From an uncultured Isosphaeraceae bacterium (lineage in GTDB: Bacteria > Planctomycetota > Planctomycetia > Isosphaerales > Isosphaeraceae), in the NCBI GenBank assembly GCA_937907405.1, contig CALCIC010000118.1:1-48016 (forward strand): 48,016 bases of DNA, read 5' to 3'. Made by a program: the position numbers and the translations under genes. Shown here in pieces: positions 9,001-16,413 of this stretch. The notes below the pieces were generated by a model. The model saw nothing but the letters and a program-made list of their open reading frames with translations, searched no databases and was not told where the DNA came from. Every line of letters starts with the position of its first letter. Within the stretch, counting starts at the first letter, position 1.

Positions 9001-9295
9001 ACAGACGAAGCTCGAAGTCGTCGACGATCAAATTCTTGCCGGCCGACCTGGCGAACAAAAACTGATTCCCCTTGGTCGGCATCTCCTTCGTAGTCCGGCC
9101 GACGATCGCGCCGTCCTCAACGGACCAGTACCCCGGACGCCCCTCCCAGCCGTCGAGGCTCTTGCCGTCGAACAGACTGCGGAACCCGTCCTCGACGGGT
9201 TGGGCTTCCTGAGCCCGGCCGGCGAGCGACAAAAAGCCCGCCAGGGCCAGGGCGACGAACGACGACGTCTTCAGATCGAATGATGCGATTTTCAT
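6080..9295 (-). CDS. Secreted fusion: DUF1080 (3-keto-disaccharide hydrolase) + PVC-type membrane-bound dehydrogenase beta-propeller + HEAT-like repeats + C-terminal heme c domain
   Basis: 'LFDGKSLDGWEG', 'ANSGIQYRS', 'GYQADM' and 'LALQLHAG' mark DUF1080. 'GMRNPFDIAFN...TYDADMEWD' marks the propeller. 'CATCHRFG...GPDLT...LESIVEPS...SQMPAGL' marks the heme domain. The signal peptide starts at MKIASF. Confidence 0.88.
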   Translation of the reverse strand: MKIASFDLKTSSFVALALAGFLSLAGRAQEAQPVEDGFRSLFDGKSLDGWEGRPGYWSVEDGAIVGRTTKEMPTKGNQFLFARSAGKNLIVDDFELRLSYKITADNDAGFANSGIQYRSVDKGDFVAAGYQADMEAGSRYSGILYDEAGGAGGRGIMADRGEKVTWNAKGEKQVTGRLGASEEIGAKIKKDDWNEYRVVVRGNHLQHFINGAQTVDVIDDARGKQLESGVLALQLHAGEPMTVRFKDVRIKQFPRSAALSAAANVKVADGFKLDQIYSVPKATQGSWVALCVDPNGRLIAADQRGKLYRMTPPTIGSDAAVEPEPLGVDLGGAHGMLYAFDSLYVMVNEQGTHGFYRVRDTDGDDRYDEVKLLRAIKGGGEHGMHSIVLSPDGKSLYVVCGNNTSLTDVDSSRLPLNWGEDNLATRVPTGFMDDSLAPQGWIARTDPDGEKWELIAAGMRNPFDIAFNHDGELFTYDADMEWDIGEPWYRPTRINHIISGAEFGFRNQSAKWPAYFIDSFGAVVDVGPGSPTGIAFGYGAKFPKKYQDALFICDWSFGKLRAVHLRPEGASYAAEVEEFISGQPLPVTDLVVNPKDGAIYLAVGGRGTQSALYRITYTGGEVATTDQPSQDSQAAAKRDLRRKLEGYHGHPDDGAVAAAWPYLSDQDRAIRYAARIALEWQDPSQWRQKALDEPDPRKAVAALVALARVSGRDEFHRKPGDPTPDPALKGQVLTALDAIDWSRLSRSDRVDLLRAYSLAFIRLGRPDEETSRRLIARFEPLFPTKAVESDFLIAEILVYLQSPTAAPKIMAALRNGLTQEETVQYALILRTLKTGWTPALREKYFRWFVDVASAYRGGNTFVSSLMTIKAQAIATLTDDERTALKPILDAKPDRKSPQELLAARKQVKQWTVAELTPIVERGLSGGRDLDRGRRLFGAVACATCHRFGVEGGGVGPDLTAVAGRFSVRDLLESIVEPSKVISDQYGAVVIAKTNGQVVTGRVGNLSGDTLNVIEDMFDPGHFTGVKRSDVEEMKASDVSQMPAGLLNSLTEEEVQDLVAYLMNRGDARPGS

Positions 9296-9524
9296 GGAGC
9301 ATTCCCGCGGGACTTCGTGCCACGTCCTCATGCGTCGTCGCCGATACGAAATCGACGCGCGCCTTCAGGACTTCGAAAATACTGGAGAATCGCCCTTGAT
9401 GCGAGCACTTCGCACCCGCGCGTCATTCAGATGACTGAGCATGCCGCACACCCCAACGTCCGATCATCGGGGTCTATATGTTGAGTAAGTCGTCGGGGCC
9501 GAGGGCCGCACCCGGCGTGCGGCG

Positions 9525-9971
9525 TCACTTGACTTGCATAGCCGTCTCGGCCCGGAAGACGACGAGGCCCGGCACCTTCGCGTAGTCGCCGGCGTTGCAG
9601 GTCCAGACCGCCGCACCATGCGCCAGCGAGGTTGCGGCGATCCGCGCATCGTCTTTCAATTCTTGGCGCAGCCGAGCCGGGAAGCTCTGATGGGTTTGCT
9701 CGGCCGCGGCCTCATGCGGCAGGATCAGCCCTCGCCAGCGACCGAGATACTCGACCAGATCTTGGAGCAGATGGAAGGCCGGCGCGGGATCCCGACGCTC
9801 CCTCTTCCGACGGTCGATCAACGCCACCGCCCCGCCCATCATCTCATAGGCCGTAACGATCGTGATGCGAACGTCGCGATCCGGCGAGGCGTCCAGGCCG
9901 GATTCGATGAGGAGCCCAACCGGATCCCTCTTCTGCATATGACCGATGGCGTCGGTGTCGAGGATGATCAC
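9525..9971 (-). CDS. vapC: PIN-domain VapC family toxin
   Basis: 'IILDTD', 'TIVTAYE', 'DARIAATSLAHG' and 'WTCNAGDYAKVPGL' supply the PIN acidic active-site set. The GTG start overlaps the upstream stop (GTGA). Confidence 0.88.
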   Translation of the reverse strand: MIILDTDAIGHMQKRDPVGLLIESGLDASPDRDVRITIVTAYEMMGGAVALIDRRKRERRDPAPAFHLLQDLVEYLGRWRGLILPHEAAAEQTHQSFPARLRQELKDDARIAATSLAHGAAVWTCNAGDYAKVPGLVVFRAETAMQVK

Positions 9972-10321
9972 CCCCGCTGTTCCCCGTCCGCATCCGACTC
10001 CCGACGGCTCCTCATCACTTCGGAGTATTCGCGCGAGACGTCCTCGTCTCGTAATGCCGGGAGGGACGCCCGCCAAGGCTCGTCGCCGGAGGCGTTCCTG
10101 GGTAGGGGCGTGATGGTCACTACCACCCCGTCGCGTAGGCGCAAGGCCTCCTCGGGCGGAACGCCGTCGATAAAGACCGCCTGCCCGGTCGTCGAGGCCC
10201 CGGACAGGCGCAGGAGATCAGCGAGCGTCGCTCCCTCGGCGAGACGATAATCGCGGGCGCCGACGCCGGGACGGATGAAGTGGACGAGGATCTCCTCGGT
10301 CGCAGTCCTCGACTCATTCAT
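9968..10321 (-). CDS. Putative antitoxin with N-terminal ubiquitin-like (ThiS/MoaD beta-grasp) domain and acidic C-terminal tail
   Basis: Translationally coupled upstream of vapC. 'LAEGATLADLLRLSG...AVFIDG...LRDGVVVTITP' follows the ThiS/MoaD pattern. The tail is 'EPWRASLPALRDEDVSREYSEVMRSRRESD'. GGGAG RBS precedes ATG 10321. Confidence 0.75.
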   Translation of the reverse strand: MNESRTATEEILVHFIRPGVGARDYRLAEGATLADLLRLSGASTTGQAVFIDGVPPEEALRLRDGVVVTITPLPRNASGDEPWRASLPALRDEDVSREYSEVMRSRRESDADGEQRG

Positions 10322-10359
10322 CGCGGTCTCCCATGGGTTCGTCAGGTTCACCTCCTGAT

Positions 10360-10368
10360 ATTCTATCA
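10360..10368 (-). promoter_or_regulatory. Extended -10 element (TGnTAGAAT) for the Ubl-antitoxin/vapC operon
   Basis: Minus strand TGATAGAAT about 40 nt upstream of ATG 10321. Confidence 0.45.
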
Positions 10369-10524
10369 CCACCTGCAGCCTTCCGCGACGACCCCCGGGG
10401 CCGGCCTATCCGCGCCGCGTCGGCCGTCAGTGGACACCCGGGGGGAAGACCGGCGATCGGATTCAACGTCCGATAATGGCGATTATGTTCCCGCGCGTCT
10501 GCTTGTAGTGGTCGCGCGGCCCTC

Positions 10525-10959
10525 TCATGGGGTCTCGGGATCGGCCGGGAGGAACGCCGCCGGGCCGACGTGGAAGTATCGGGCGAGCCGCACGATTTGA
10601 TCCGTCGTAAGGTCTCGAACACCGCGCAGCACGTTCGAGAGGGTCGTTTGCGCGATCCCGACTTCCTTCGCAAGCTGCGTCTGGGTCAGCCGCCGCTCGG
10701 TCATGAAGAACCTCAGCATCTCAGCCGCCGAGGCGTCAGGGATGTGGACGTGTTCCTTCTCATAAGCCTCGACCAGGTCCGAGAGGACGTCGAGGTAATC
10801 GACGACGCCCTGGTCGTCTTCGCCGAGCGTCAGCACGTGGTCGAGCATCTTCGACGCGGCTTCCAGGTGGTCGTCGTCACGGATGGGCGTCAGCGGGAAC
10901 CGACGGATGAGCTTCATGTAGGATTTCGAGGGGGCTTCGCGGAGCACCGGAGGGTTCAT
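10525..10959 (-). CDS. higA: HigA family antitoxin (XRE HTH)
   Basis: 'PIRDDDHLEAA', 'YLDVLSDLVEAYE' and HTH 'LTQTQLAKEVGIAQTTLSNVLRGVRDLT'. ATGA overlap with the higB stop. Confidence 0.92.
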   Translation of the reverse strand: MNPPVLREAPSKSYMKLIRRFPLTPIRDDDHLEAASKMLDHVLTLGEDDQGVVDYLDVLSDLVEAYEKEHVHIPDASAAEMLRFFMTERRLTQTQLAKEVGIAQTTLSNVLRGVRDLTTDQIVRLARYFHVGPAAFLPADPETP

Positions 10960-11312
10960 CGGCTCTTTCCCTTCTTCGGCGGCTTCAAGAGCGGCGGCGA
11001 GAAGCACCCGCACGCGTCCTTCCACCTGTCCAAATCGTTTTCCGCGTGATCCATGATCTTGAGTATGTAGATCCGCTTCGAGCAGAATCGGACGCGGCCG
11101 ATCAAGCGATATCGGTTGGCCCCCACGTCGAAGACCACACAGTCGCCGACCTTGTCAGCTGACCCGAACGTCTGCTTCAGCCCGGCGAAATCCTTCCATT
11201 CGACGCTTCGGGCACCTTTGATCCAGTCTCGAAGAAACCGCTCGGCCTCCACGGCGTCGCCGCGCCGAGACCGCCAAAACGTCTTGATCCGCGCCTCGGA
11301 TATGATTCGCAA
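10956..11312 (-). CDS. higB: HigB family mRNA interferase toxin
   Basis: TTG start giving 'MRIIS...'; 'LKQTFGSADKVGDCVVFDVGANRYRLI'; toxin-first gene order. Confidence 0.9.
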   Translation of the reverse strand: MRIISEARIKTFWRSRRGDAVEAERFLRDWIKGARSVEWKDFAGLKQTFGSADKVGDCVVFDVGANRYRLIGRVRFCSKRIYILKIMDHAENDLDRWKDACGCFSPPLLKPPKKGKSR

Positions 11313-11358
11313 CGCGCCGCCCGCTCTCGAACTGAACTTCTGCTCGTCGACCCCACGA

Positions 11359-11378
11359 ATTATAACATATCGTGATAA
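11359..11378 (-). promoter_or_regulatory. higBA promoter (TGnTATAAT) overlapped by an inverted-repeat operator
   Basis: Minus strand TGTTATAAT at 11359-11367. Imperfect palindrome TTATAAC-N5-GTGATAA at 11360-11378, as expected for HigA autorepression. Confidence 0.65.
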
Positions 11379-11544
11379 CCAGGAAAGCTCAAAGCTGTGT
11401 GAAGCCACCAAGGCTCTTCACGACGATCGCCGGCGCGTTTCGTCCCAAGGCCGTAACCGAACCGCCCGCTGGAGACCCGCCGAGAGATCGGATAAGCTGC
11501 CGACTCGTGAGCAGGCGAAACACGGCGGACGAGGGGCGGGCGCG

Positions 11545-12576
11545 ATGAGGATGGTGTTGATGCTGGTCGCGCTGCTCGTCGGCGGCGACGTCGCGGCCGG
11601 CAAGTGGAAGCGGCTGGCCTCGTTGCCCGACAAAGAGGGTTTCGCCGGCGCGTTCGCCGGGGTCGGCGGCGGCGCGCTCATCGTCGCCGGGGGCGCCAAC
11701 TTCCCCGACGCGAAGCCCTGGGAGGGCGGCCCGAAAGTCTGGTACGACGACGTCTTCGTTCTGGAGCGATCCGACGGCGCGTGGAGGAAGGCCGGCAAGC
11801 TGCCCCGACCGCTCGGTTACGGCGTTTCCGCGACGCACCGAGGCGGCGTGGTCTGCGTCGGCGGCGGCGACGCGAGCCGGAACTACACCGACGCCTTCCG
11901 TCTTGATTGGATAGAGAGTCGACTGCTTACCATCCCGCTCCCCGCGCTGCCCAAGCCGCGCGCCAACTCCTCCGGGGCGATGGTCGGCGACGTATTGTAC
12001 ATCGTGGGAGGTCAGGAGGCCCCGAACGCCAAGACGACCTCGGCGGCCGCCTGGACGCTTGATCTATCCTCCTCAGCCCCGCGATGGCGAGAAATCGCCC
12101 CCTGCCCCGGCGGCGGGCGGATGCTCGCGGTCGCAGCCGGCTTCGGCGGTGCGTTCTGGCTCGCTGGGGGCGTCGATCTCGTCGTCGGGGACGACGAGAA
12201 GATCGAACGCCGATACCTGAACGACGCCTACCGCCACGACCCTCGCGACGGCTGGAGGCGGATCGCCGACTTGCCCAATCCCCTGGCCGCCGGGCCGACG
12301 CCGGCGCCGACGGATGCAACGGGCTTCTTCATCCTGGGGGGCGACGACGGCTCCCAGGTCGGGGCGGCGCCCGACGCGCATCGCGGCTTCAGCAAGAAGA
12401 TCCTCCACTACGACTCGACGTCGAATCAGTGGACCGAGGCCGGCGCGGTGGCCGCGCCGCGCGTGACCGTCCCTTGCGTGATCTGGAACAAGGCCCGGGT
12501 GGTCCCGAGCGGCGAAGCTCGCCCCGGCGTCCGATCCCCGGAAGTCTGGGCGGCGACGCCGGAACCGAAAGAATAG
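11545..12576 (+). CDS. Secreted Kelch-repeat protein, NanM-like (N-acetylneuraminate epimerase/mutarotase)
   Basis: Signal peptide; 'GFAGAFAG...LIVAGGANFP..KPWEGGPKVW'; Kelch GG/W repeats; C-terminal 'SGEARPGVRSP'. Confidence 0.8.
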   Translation: MRMVLMLVALLVGGDVAAGKWKRLASLPDKEGFAGAFAGVGGGALIVAGGANFPDAKPWEGGPKVWYDDVFVLERSDGAWRKAGKLPRPLGYGVSATHRGGVVCVGGGDASRNYTDAFRLDWIESRLLTIPLPALPKPRANSSGAMVGDVLYIVGGQEAPNAKTTSAAAWTLDLSSSAPRWREIAPCPGGGRMLAVAAGFGGAFWLAGGVDLVVGDDEKIERRYLNDAYRHDPRDGWRRIADLPNPLAAGPTPAPTDATGFFILGGDDGSQVGAAPDAHRGFSKKILHYDSTSNQWTEAGAVAAPRVTVPCVIWNKARVVPSGEARPGVRSPEVWAATPEPKE

Positions 12577-12584
12577 ACGAATCC

Positions 12585-13850
12585 ATGCAAACTTCTGATT
12601 CGAGTTCGAGCGCCCCCCGGACGGCCTGGCTGGTCGTCGGGCTGCTGCTGCCCATCGCGATGCTCAACTATCTCGACCGCCAGATGCTCGCGTCGATGCA
12701 GACCTCGGTGATGGACTCGATCCCGACGCTTGGTCAGGCCGAGAACCGGGAGGAGTTGTGGGGCTTCATGCTCGGCCAGTTCAAATGGGTTTACGCCGGA
12801 TTCAGCCTGATCGGCGGCTATATCGCCGATCGCTACAGCCGCCGCCTCACCATCTGCTCCAGCCTGTTCGTATGGTCGGCGGTGACGTGGTGGACCGGCC
12901 ACGTCACGACCTACAACGAACTGCTCATGGCGCGCTCGTTCATGGGCGTCAGCGAGGCGTTCTACATGCCGGCGGCCTTGGCCCTGATCACCGACTACCA
13001 CGTCGGACCCACCCGCTCTCGGGCTGTGGGTCTGCACCAGATGGCGATCTACATCGGCGTGATCCTGGGTGGCTTCGGCGGTTACGTCGCCGCCGACCCC
13101 AACCTCGGCTGGCGGGTCGCGTTCACGTCCTGCGGCATCGTCGGGATGCTCTACGCCGTTCCGCTGACGTTTCTCTTGCGAGATGCGGCGAAGTCCAAGG
13201 AGCGACATTCGGCCCCCCGGCTCTCCCCCCTCGGCGCGGCGCATCGATTACTGACCAACGGCTCGTTCCTCTTATTGGTCTTGTACTTCACCCTGCCGGC
13301 GATGGCCGGGTGGGTGGTGCGCGACTGGATGCCCTCGATCCTCAAGCACCGGTTCGAGATCGGCCAGGGCCAGGCGGGAGTAGCGGCGACGCTCTACTGG
13401 CAGGTCGCGGCCATCGTCGGCGCGGTAGCCGGCGGCTGGCTGGCCGATCGCTGGACCAAGACCGACCCGCGCGGCCGAATCTACGTCAGCGCCATCGGCA
13501 TGAGCCTGATCGTGCCGGCCATCTTCGGCGTCGGCGACGCCGGCTCGCTGGCGATCGCCGTGGCGTTCCTGGTCCTGTTCGGCCTCGGCTGGGGTTTCTT
13601 CGACTGCAACAACATGCCGATTCTCTCGCAGATCGTCCGCCCCGAGCTGCGGGCGACCGGCTACGGCGTCATGAACTTCGTCAGCATCAGCTCCGGCGGC
13701 CTGGCCGACTGGGGCTTCGGCATGCTCCGCGACCGCCATGTGCCCCTCAACCTCATCTTCGGCAGCTTCGCCGCCCTCGCCGTCCTCTCCGTCGTGCTCG
13801 TGCTCCTCATCCGCCCCCGGCCGGAACTCATCGACCAGAAACAATCATGA
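12585..13850 (+). CDS. MFS transporter (hexuronate/sialic-acid-type)
   Basis: 'LNYLDRQ', MFS motif A 'GYIADRYSRR' and 'GWLADRW'; about 12 hydrophobic segments. Confidence 0.9.
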   Translation: MQTSDSSSSAPRTAWLVVGLLLPIAMLNYLDRQMLASMQTSVMDSIPTLGQAENREELWGFMLGQFKWVYAGFSLIGGYIADRYSRRLTICSSLFVWSAVTWWTGHVTTYNELLMARSFMGVSEAFYMPAALALITDYHVGPTRSRAVGLHQMAIYIGVILGGFGGYVAADPNLGWRVAFTSCGIVGMLYAVPLTFLLRDAAKSKERHSAPRLSPLGAAHRLLTNGSFLLLVLYFTLPAMAGWVVRDWMPSILKHRFEIGQGQAGVAATLYWQVAAIVGAVAGGWLADRWTKTDPRGRIYVSAIGMSLIVPAIFGVGDAGSLAIAVAFLVLFGLGWGFFDCNNMPILSQIVRPELRATGYGVMNFVSISSGGLADWGFGMLRDRHVPLNLIFGSFAALAVLSVVLVLLIRPRPELIDQKQS

Positions 13851-14115
13851 GCCGACTCCGGCGACCGGCCCGAGGTCGACTCGGGACGCTGCCGGACGCC
13901 TCGGCGCCAGGACCGATCCAGGTCGAACCAACGCCCCGCCCGCGGAGTAGACGACCCTTGCGTCCGTCCAACCTGCGGCGGAGACTGACCTTGATCCTGG
14001 CGCATCCCGGCGGCGCGAACGGACGAGGCCTATCCTGTGCTCGGATGGATCGCAAGGCCGGACCGTTTCGTGCCTCTAACGTGCGCCGCCAACCGATCTG
14101 ACGAGGACGATCATC

Positions 14116-16401
14116 GTGAACGCCTGGCGAATGAGTTGCACCTATTGGGGGTCGATCGTCCTGTGCCTTGGGATTGCCGGCGCGGCCCACGGGCAGGTCA
14201 CGGCGAAGCAGTTCGAAGAGCAGGCCCTCCCGGCGCTCAAGGTCGAGGAGTCCTACGATTTCCATCGCCAGCACACCCAGGGGCTCCCCCCTCGTTCGCG
14301 CGCCGCCGAGCTTCATCCCCACGCCGACGAGATCGAGATCGACGCCGGATGGAGCATCGAAATCCCCGCCGACGCCGGCCCCGGGCTGGCGACCGCGGGG
14401 GCGGAGCTTCAACGGTACCTGAAGGACGCGATGAACGTGGACGTCGCGGTGAACCGCCCGAAGCGACTCGGCGATTGGCGTGATCGTCGGCGGGTCATCG
14501 TCGCCGCGGCCCGCGAAGACATGCCCGGATGCGGGGATCGTCTCAAAGCGTCGAAGGATTATCGGATCCAGGTCTCCGGCGATGCGATCGCCGTGTGCGG
14601 CTTCGACGACCGGGGAGCGACGTACGGCCTTTACAACCTGATCATGCGGTTCCGGCTGCGGGAGGCTCCCTATCTGCCCAGGAACCTCGACACCGTCCGG
14701 CATAGCTTGTACCAGGCGAGAATCACCCTTTCCGGGCTCGGCTGGATGGAGTGGCCCGACCGCTATCTGGCCACGCTGCCGCTGTACGGCTTCGACGCGA
14801 TCCACTGCTCGATCTATCGCAACCCGAACAACGCGCCTGGCTCGGAGCCCCACTGGAGCGACCGCGACATTCGCAAGCACCCGCCGGGCGCCATGAAGGA
14901 CCTGATCCAGCGCGCCGCCCGCTTCGGGATCGACGTCTACGCGCCGCTGCTCTACCAGTCCACGGGGACGCCAGAGAACATCGACGGACTGCGCACGCTG
15001 GTCCGCGAGGTCGTCACCGAGTTTCCCGAGATCCGGGGCTACGTGCTGCTGACCGAGGGGTTCTACTACAAGAAGTGGTTCGGCGCAGGCGGACAGGGGG
15101 ATGAGGATCTGCGCGCCTGGGTGCGCGAGTGGGCGAAAGCCGTCGCCATCGCCGCCGAAGAGGCGCACAAGATCAACCCGAAGCTGGAAATCCTGCCTTG
15201 GGAATACAACGTGGCTTTCAGCCCAGACCAGGCGGCCACGAAGGCCTATGTCATGACCCAACTGCCCGAGTCGACGATCCCCCTGCTGACCTTCGAGAAC
15301 GGCAAGAGCTTCGAGCTCGATGGGCAGAAGGGCTACCTGCGCGACTACGCCATCAGCCAGGTCGGGCCGGCGGAGGTGACCCAGGCCCAGTTACTGGAAG
15401 CCCGCAAACGGAACTTCCGCGCCATCTACTCCAAGGCCGACACGTTCGCGAGCTGGCAGTTCGGGACGTTCCCCTACCTGCCCTTCCCGTATCAGTGGCA
15501 TGCGCGCTACAAGGCGTTGGAGGAGTGGAAGATCGACGGCGCCCTTGAGACATGGAGCTACGGCTTCAAGCCGAACTGGGTCGCCGAGATGCGGGCCTGG
15601 TATGCCTGGAGCGATGCGCCGCCCCTGGACGACTTATTGCGACGGATCGCGCGGCGGGAGTTCGGGCCGGGCAATGAAGAGGCCGTGCTCACGGCCTGGA
15701 AACACTTCAGCGAGGCCATCCAGGTCTATCCCGACACGGGACCGAACTGGGGAAGCTGCAACGCCCTGGCCGCGCCGCTGTTCTTCGCGAAACCCAAGCC
15801 CCGGGCGATGACGCTCAACCACTCCTGGTCGGACCAGGGCCAGTGGAGCGGACGATCCCAGTTGAACCCTTATTGGCCCTACGTGCCCAGCCGCCTGATC
15901 TTCTGGCCCGACTTCACCAATCGCGGCAACGCCGCGCAACGCTACATTGGCTTTTTCACCATCCCCGTGTTCCAGAAATACCTGAAACTGTCGGCGGACC
16001 GCATGGAGCAGGGCCTCCAGAGTTATCGCCGGGCCGCGCTGCACGCCCCCGAGTCGAAGCGGACGCTGGCGTTCCGCGAGGTCCTGCTGGCCGAGCAGTT
16101 GCAGCGAATGATGCGCAGCGAATCGGCCATCATCGAGTTTGAGGGTTTGCGGTTGGCGCTGGCCAGCGCCTCGGACGCCGCCCGAAAGCAAGAGATCTTG
16201 GCGAAGATGACGGTATTGCTGCAAGAAGAGCGTGAGCGAACGACGTCGTCCTGGGAGACGGCGCGCCGAGATTCGCGGCTCGGGTACGAGTGGGAACAGG
16301 ACTACATCTACACGCCCGAGACCATCAAGGAAAAAATGAAGCTGCTCGACGATACGCTGAATCGCCAGATCCCGGCCTTTCGGCAGCAGAACAGCCTCTA
16401 A
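14116..16401 (+). CDS. Large secreted glycoside-hydrolase-like protein (paralog 1; GH20/GH67-N-like domain + probable TIM barrel)
   Basis: Signal peptide ending AHG-Q. 'DYRIQVSGDAIAVCGFDDRGATYGLY' resembles the hexosaminidase-domain-2 fold. Shares motifs with the two downstream genes. Confidence 0.7.
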   Translation: MNAWRMSCTYWGSIVLCLGIAGAAHGQVTAKQFEEQALPALKVEESYDFHRQHTQGLPPRSRAAELHPHADEIEIDAGWSIEIPADAGPGLATAGAELQRYLKDAMNVDVAVNRPKRLGDWRDRRRVIVAAAREDMPGCGDRLKASKDYRIQVSGDAIAVCGFDDRGATYGLYNLIMRFRLREAPYLPRNLDTVRHSLYQARITLSGLGWMEWPDRYLATLPLYGFDAIHCSIYRNPNNAPGSEPHWSDRDIRKHPPGAMKDLIQRAARFGIDVYAPLLYQSTGTPENIDGLRTLVREVVTEFPEIRGYVLLTEGFYYKKWFGAGGQGDEDLRAWVREWAKAVAIAAEEAHKINPKLEILPWEYNVAFSPDQAATKAYVMTQLPESTIPLLTFENGKSFELDGQKGYLRDYAISQVGPAEVTQAQLLEARKRNFRAIYSKADTFASWQFGTFPYLPFPYQWHARYKALEEWKIDGALETWSYGFKPNWVAEMRAWYAWSDAPPLDDLLRRIARREFGPGNEEAVLTAWKHFSEAIQVYPDTGPNWGSCNALAAPLFFAKPKPRAMTLNHSWSDQGQWSGRSQLNPYWPYVPSRLIFWPDFTNRGNAAQRYIGFFTIPVFQKYLKLSADRMEQGLQSYRRAALHAPESKRTLAFREVLLAEQLQRMMRSESAIIEFEGLRLALASASDAARKQEILAKMTVLLQEERERTTSSWETARRDSRLGYEWEQDYIYTPETIKEKMKLLDDTLNRQIPAFRQQNSL

Positions 16402-16413
16402 GGACGAAATCTG

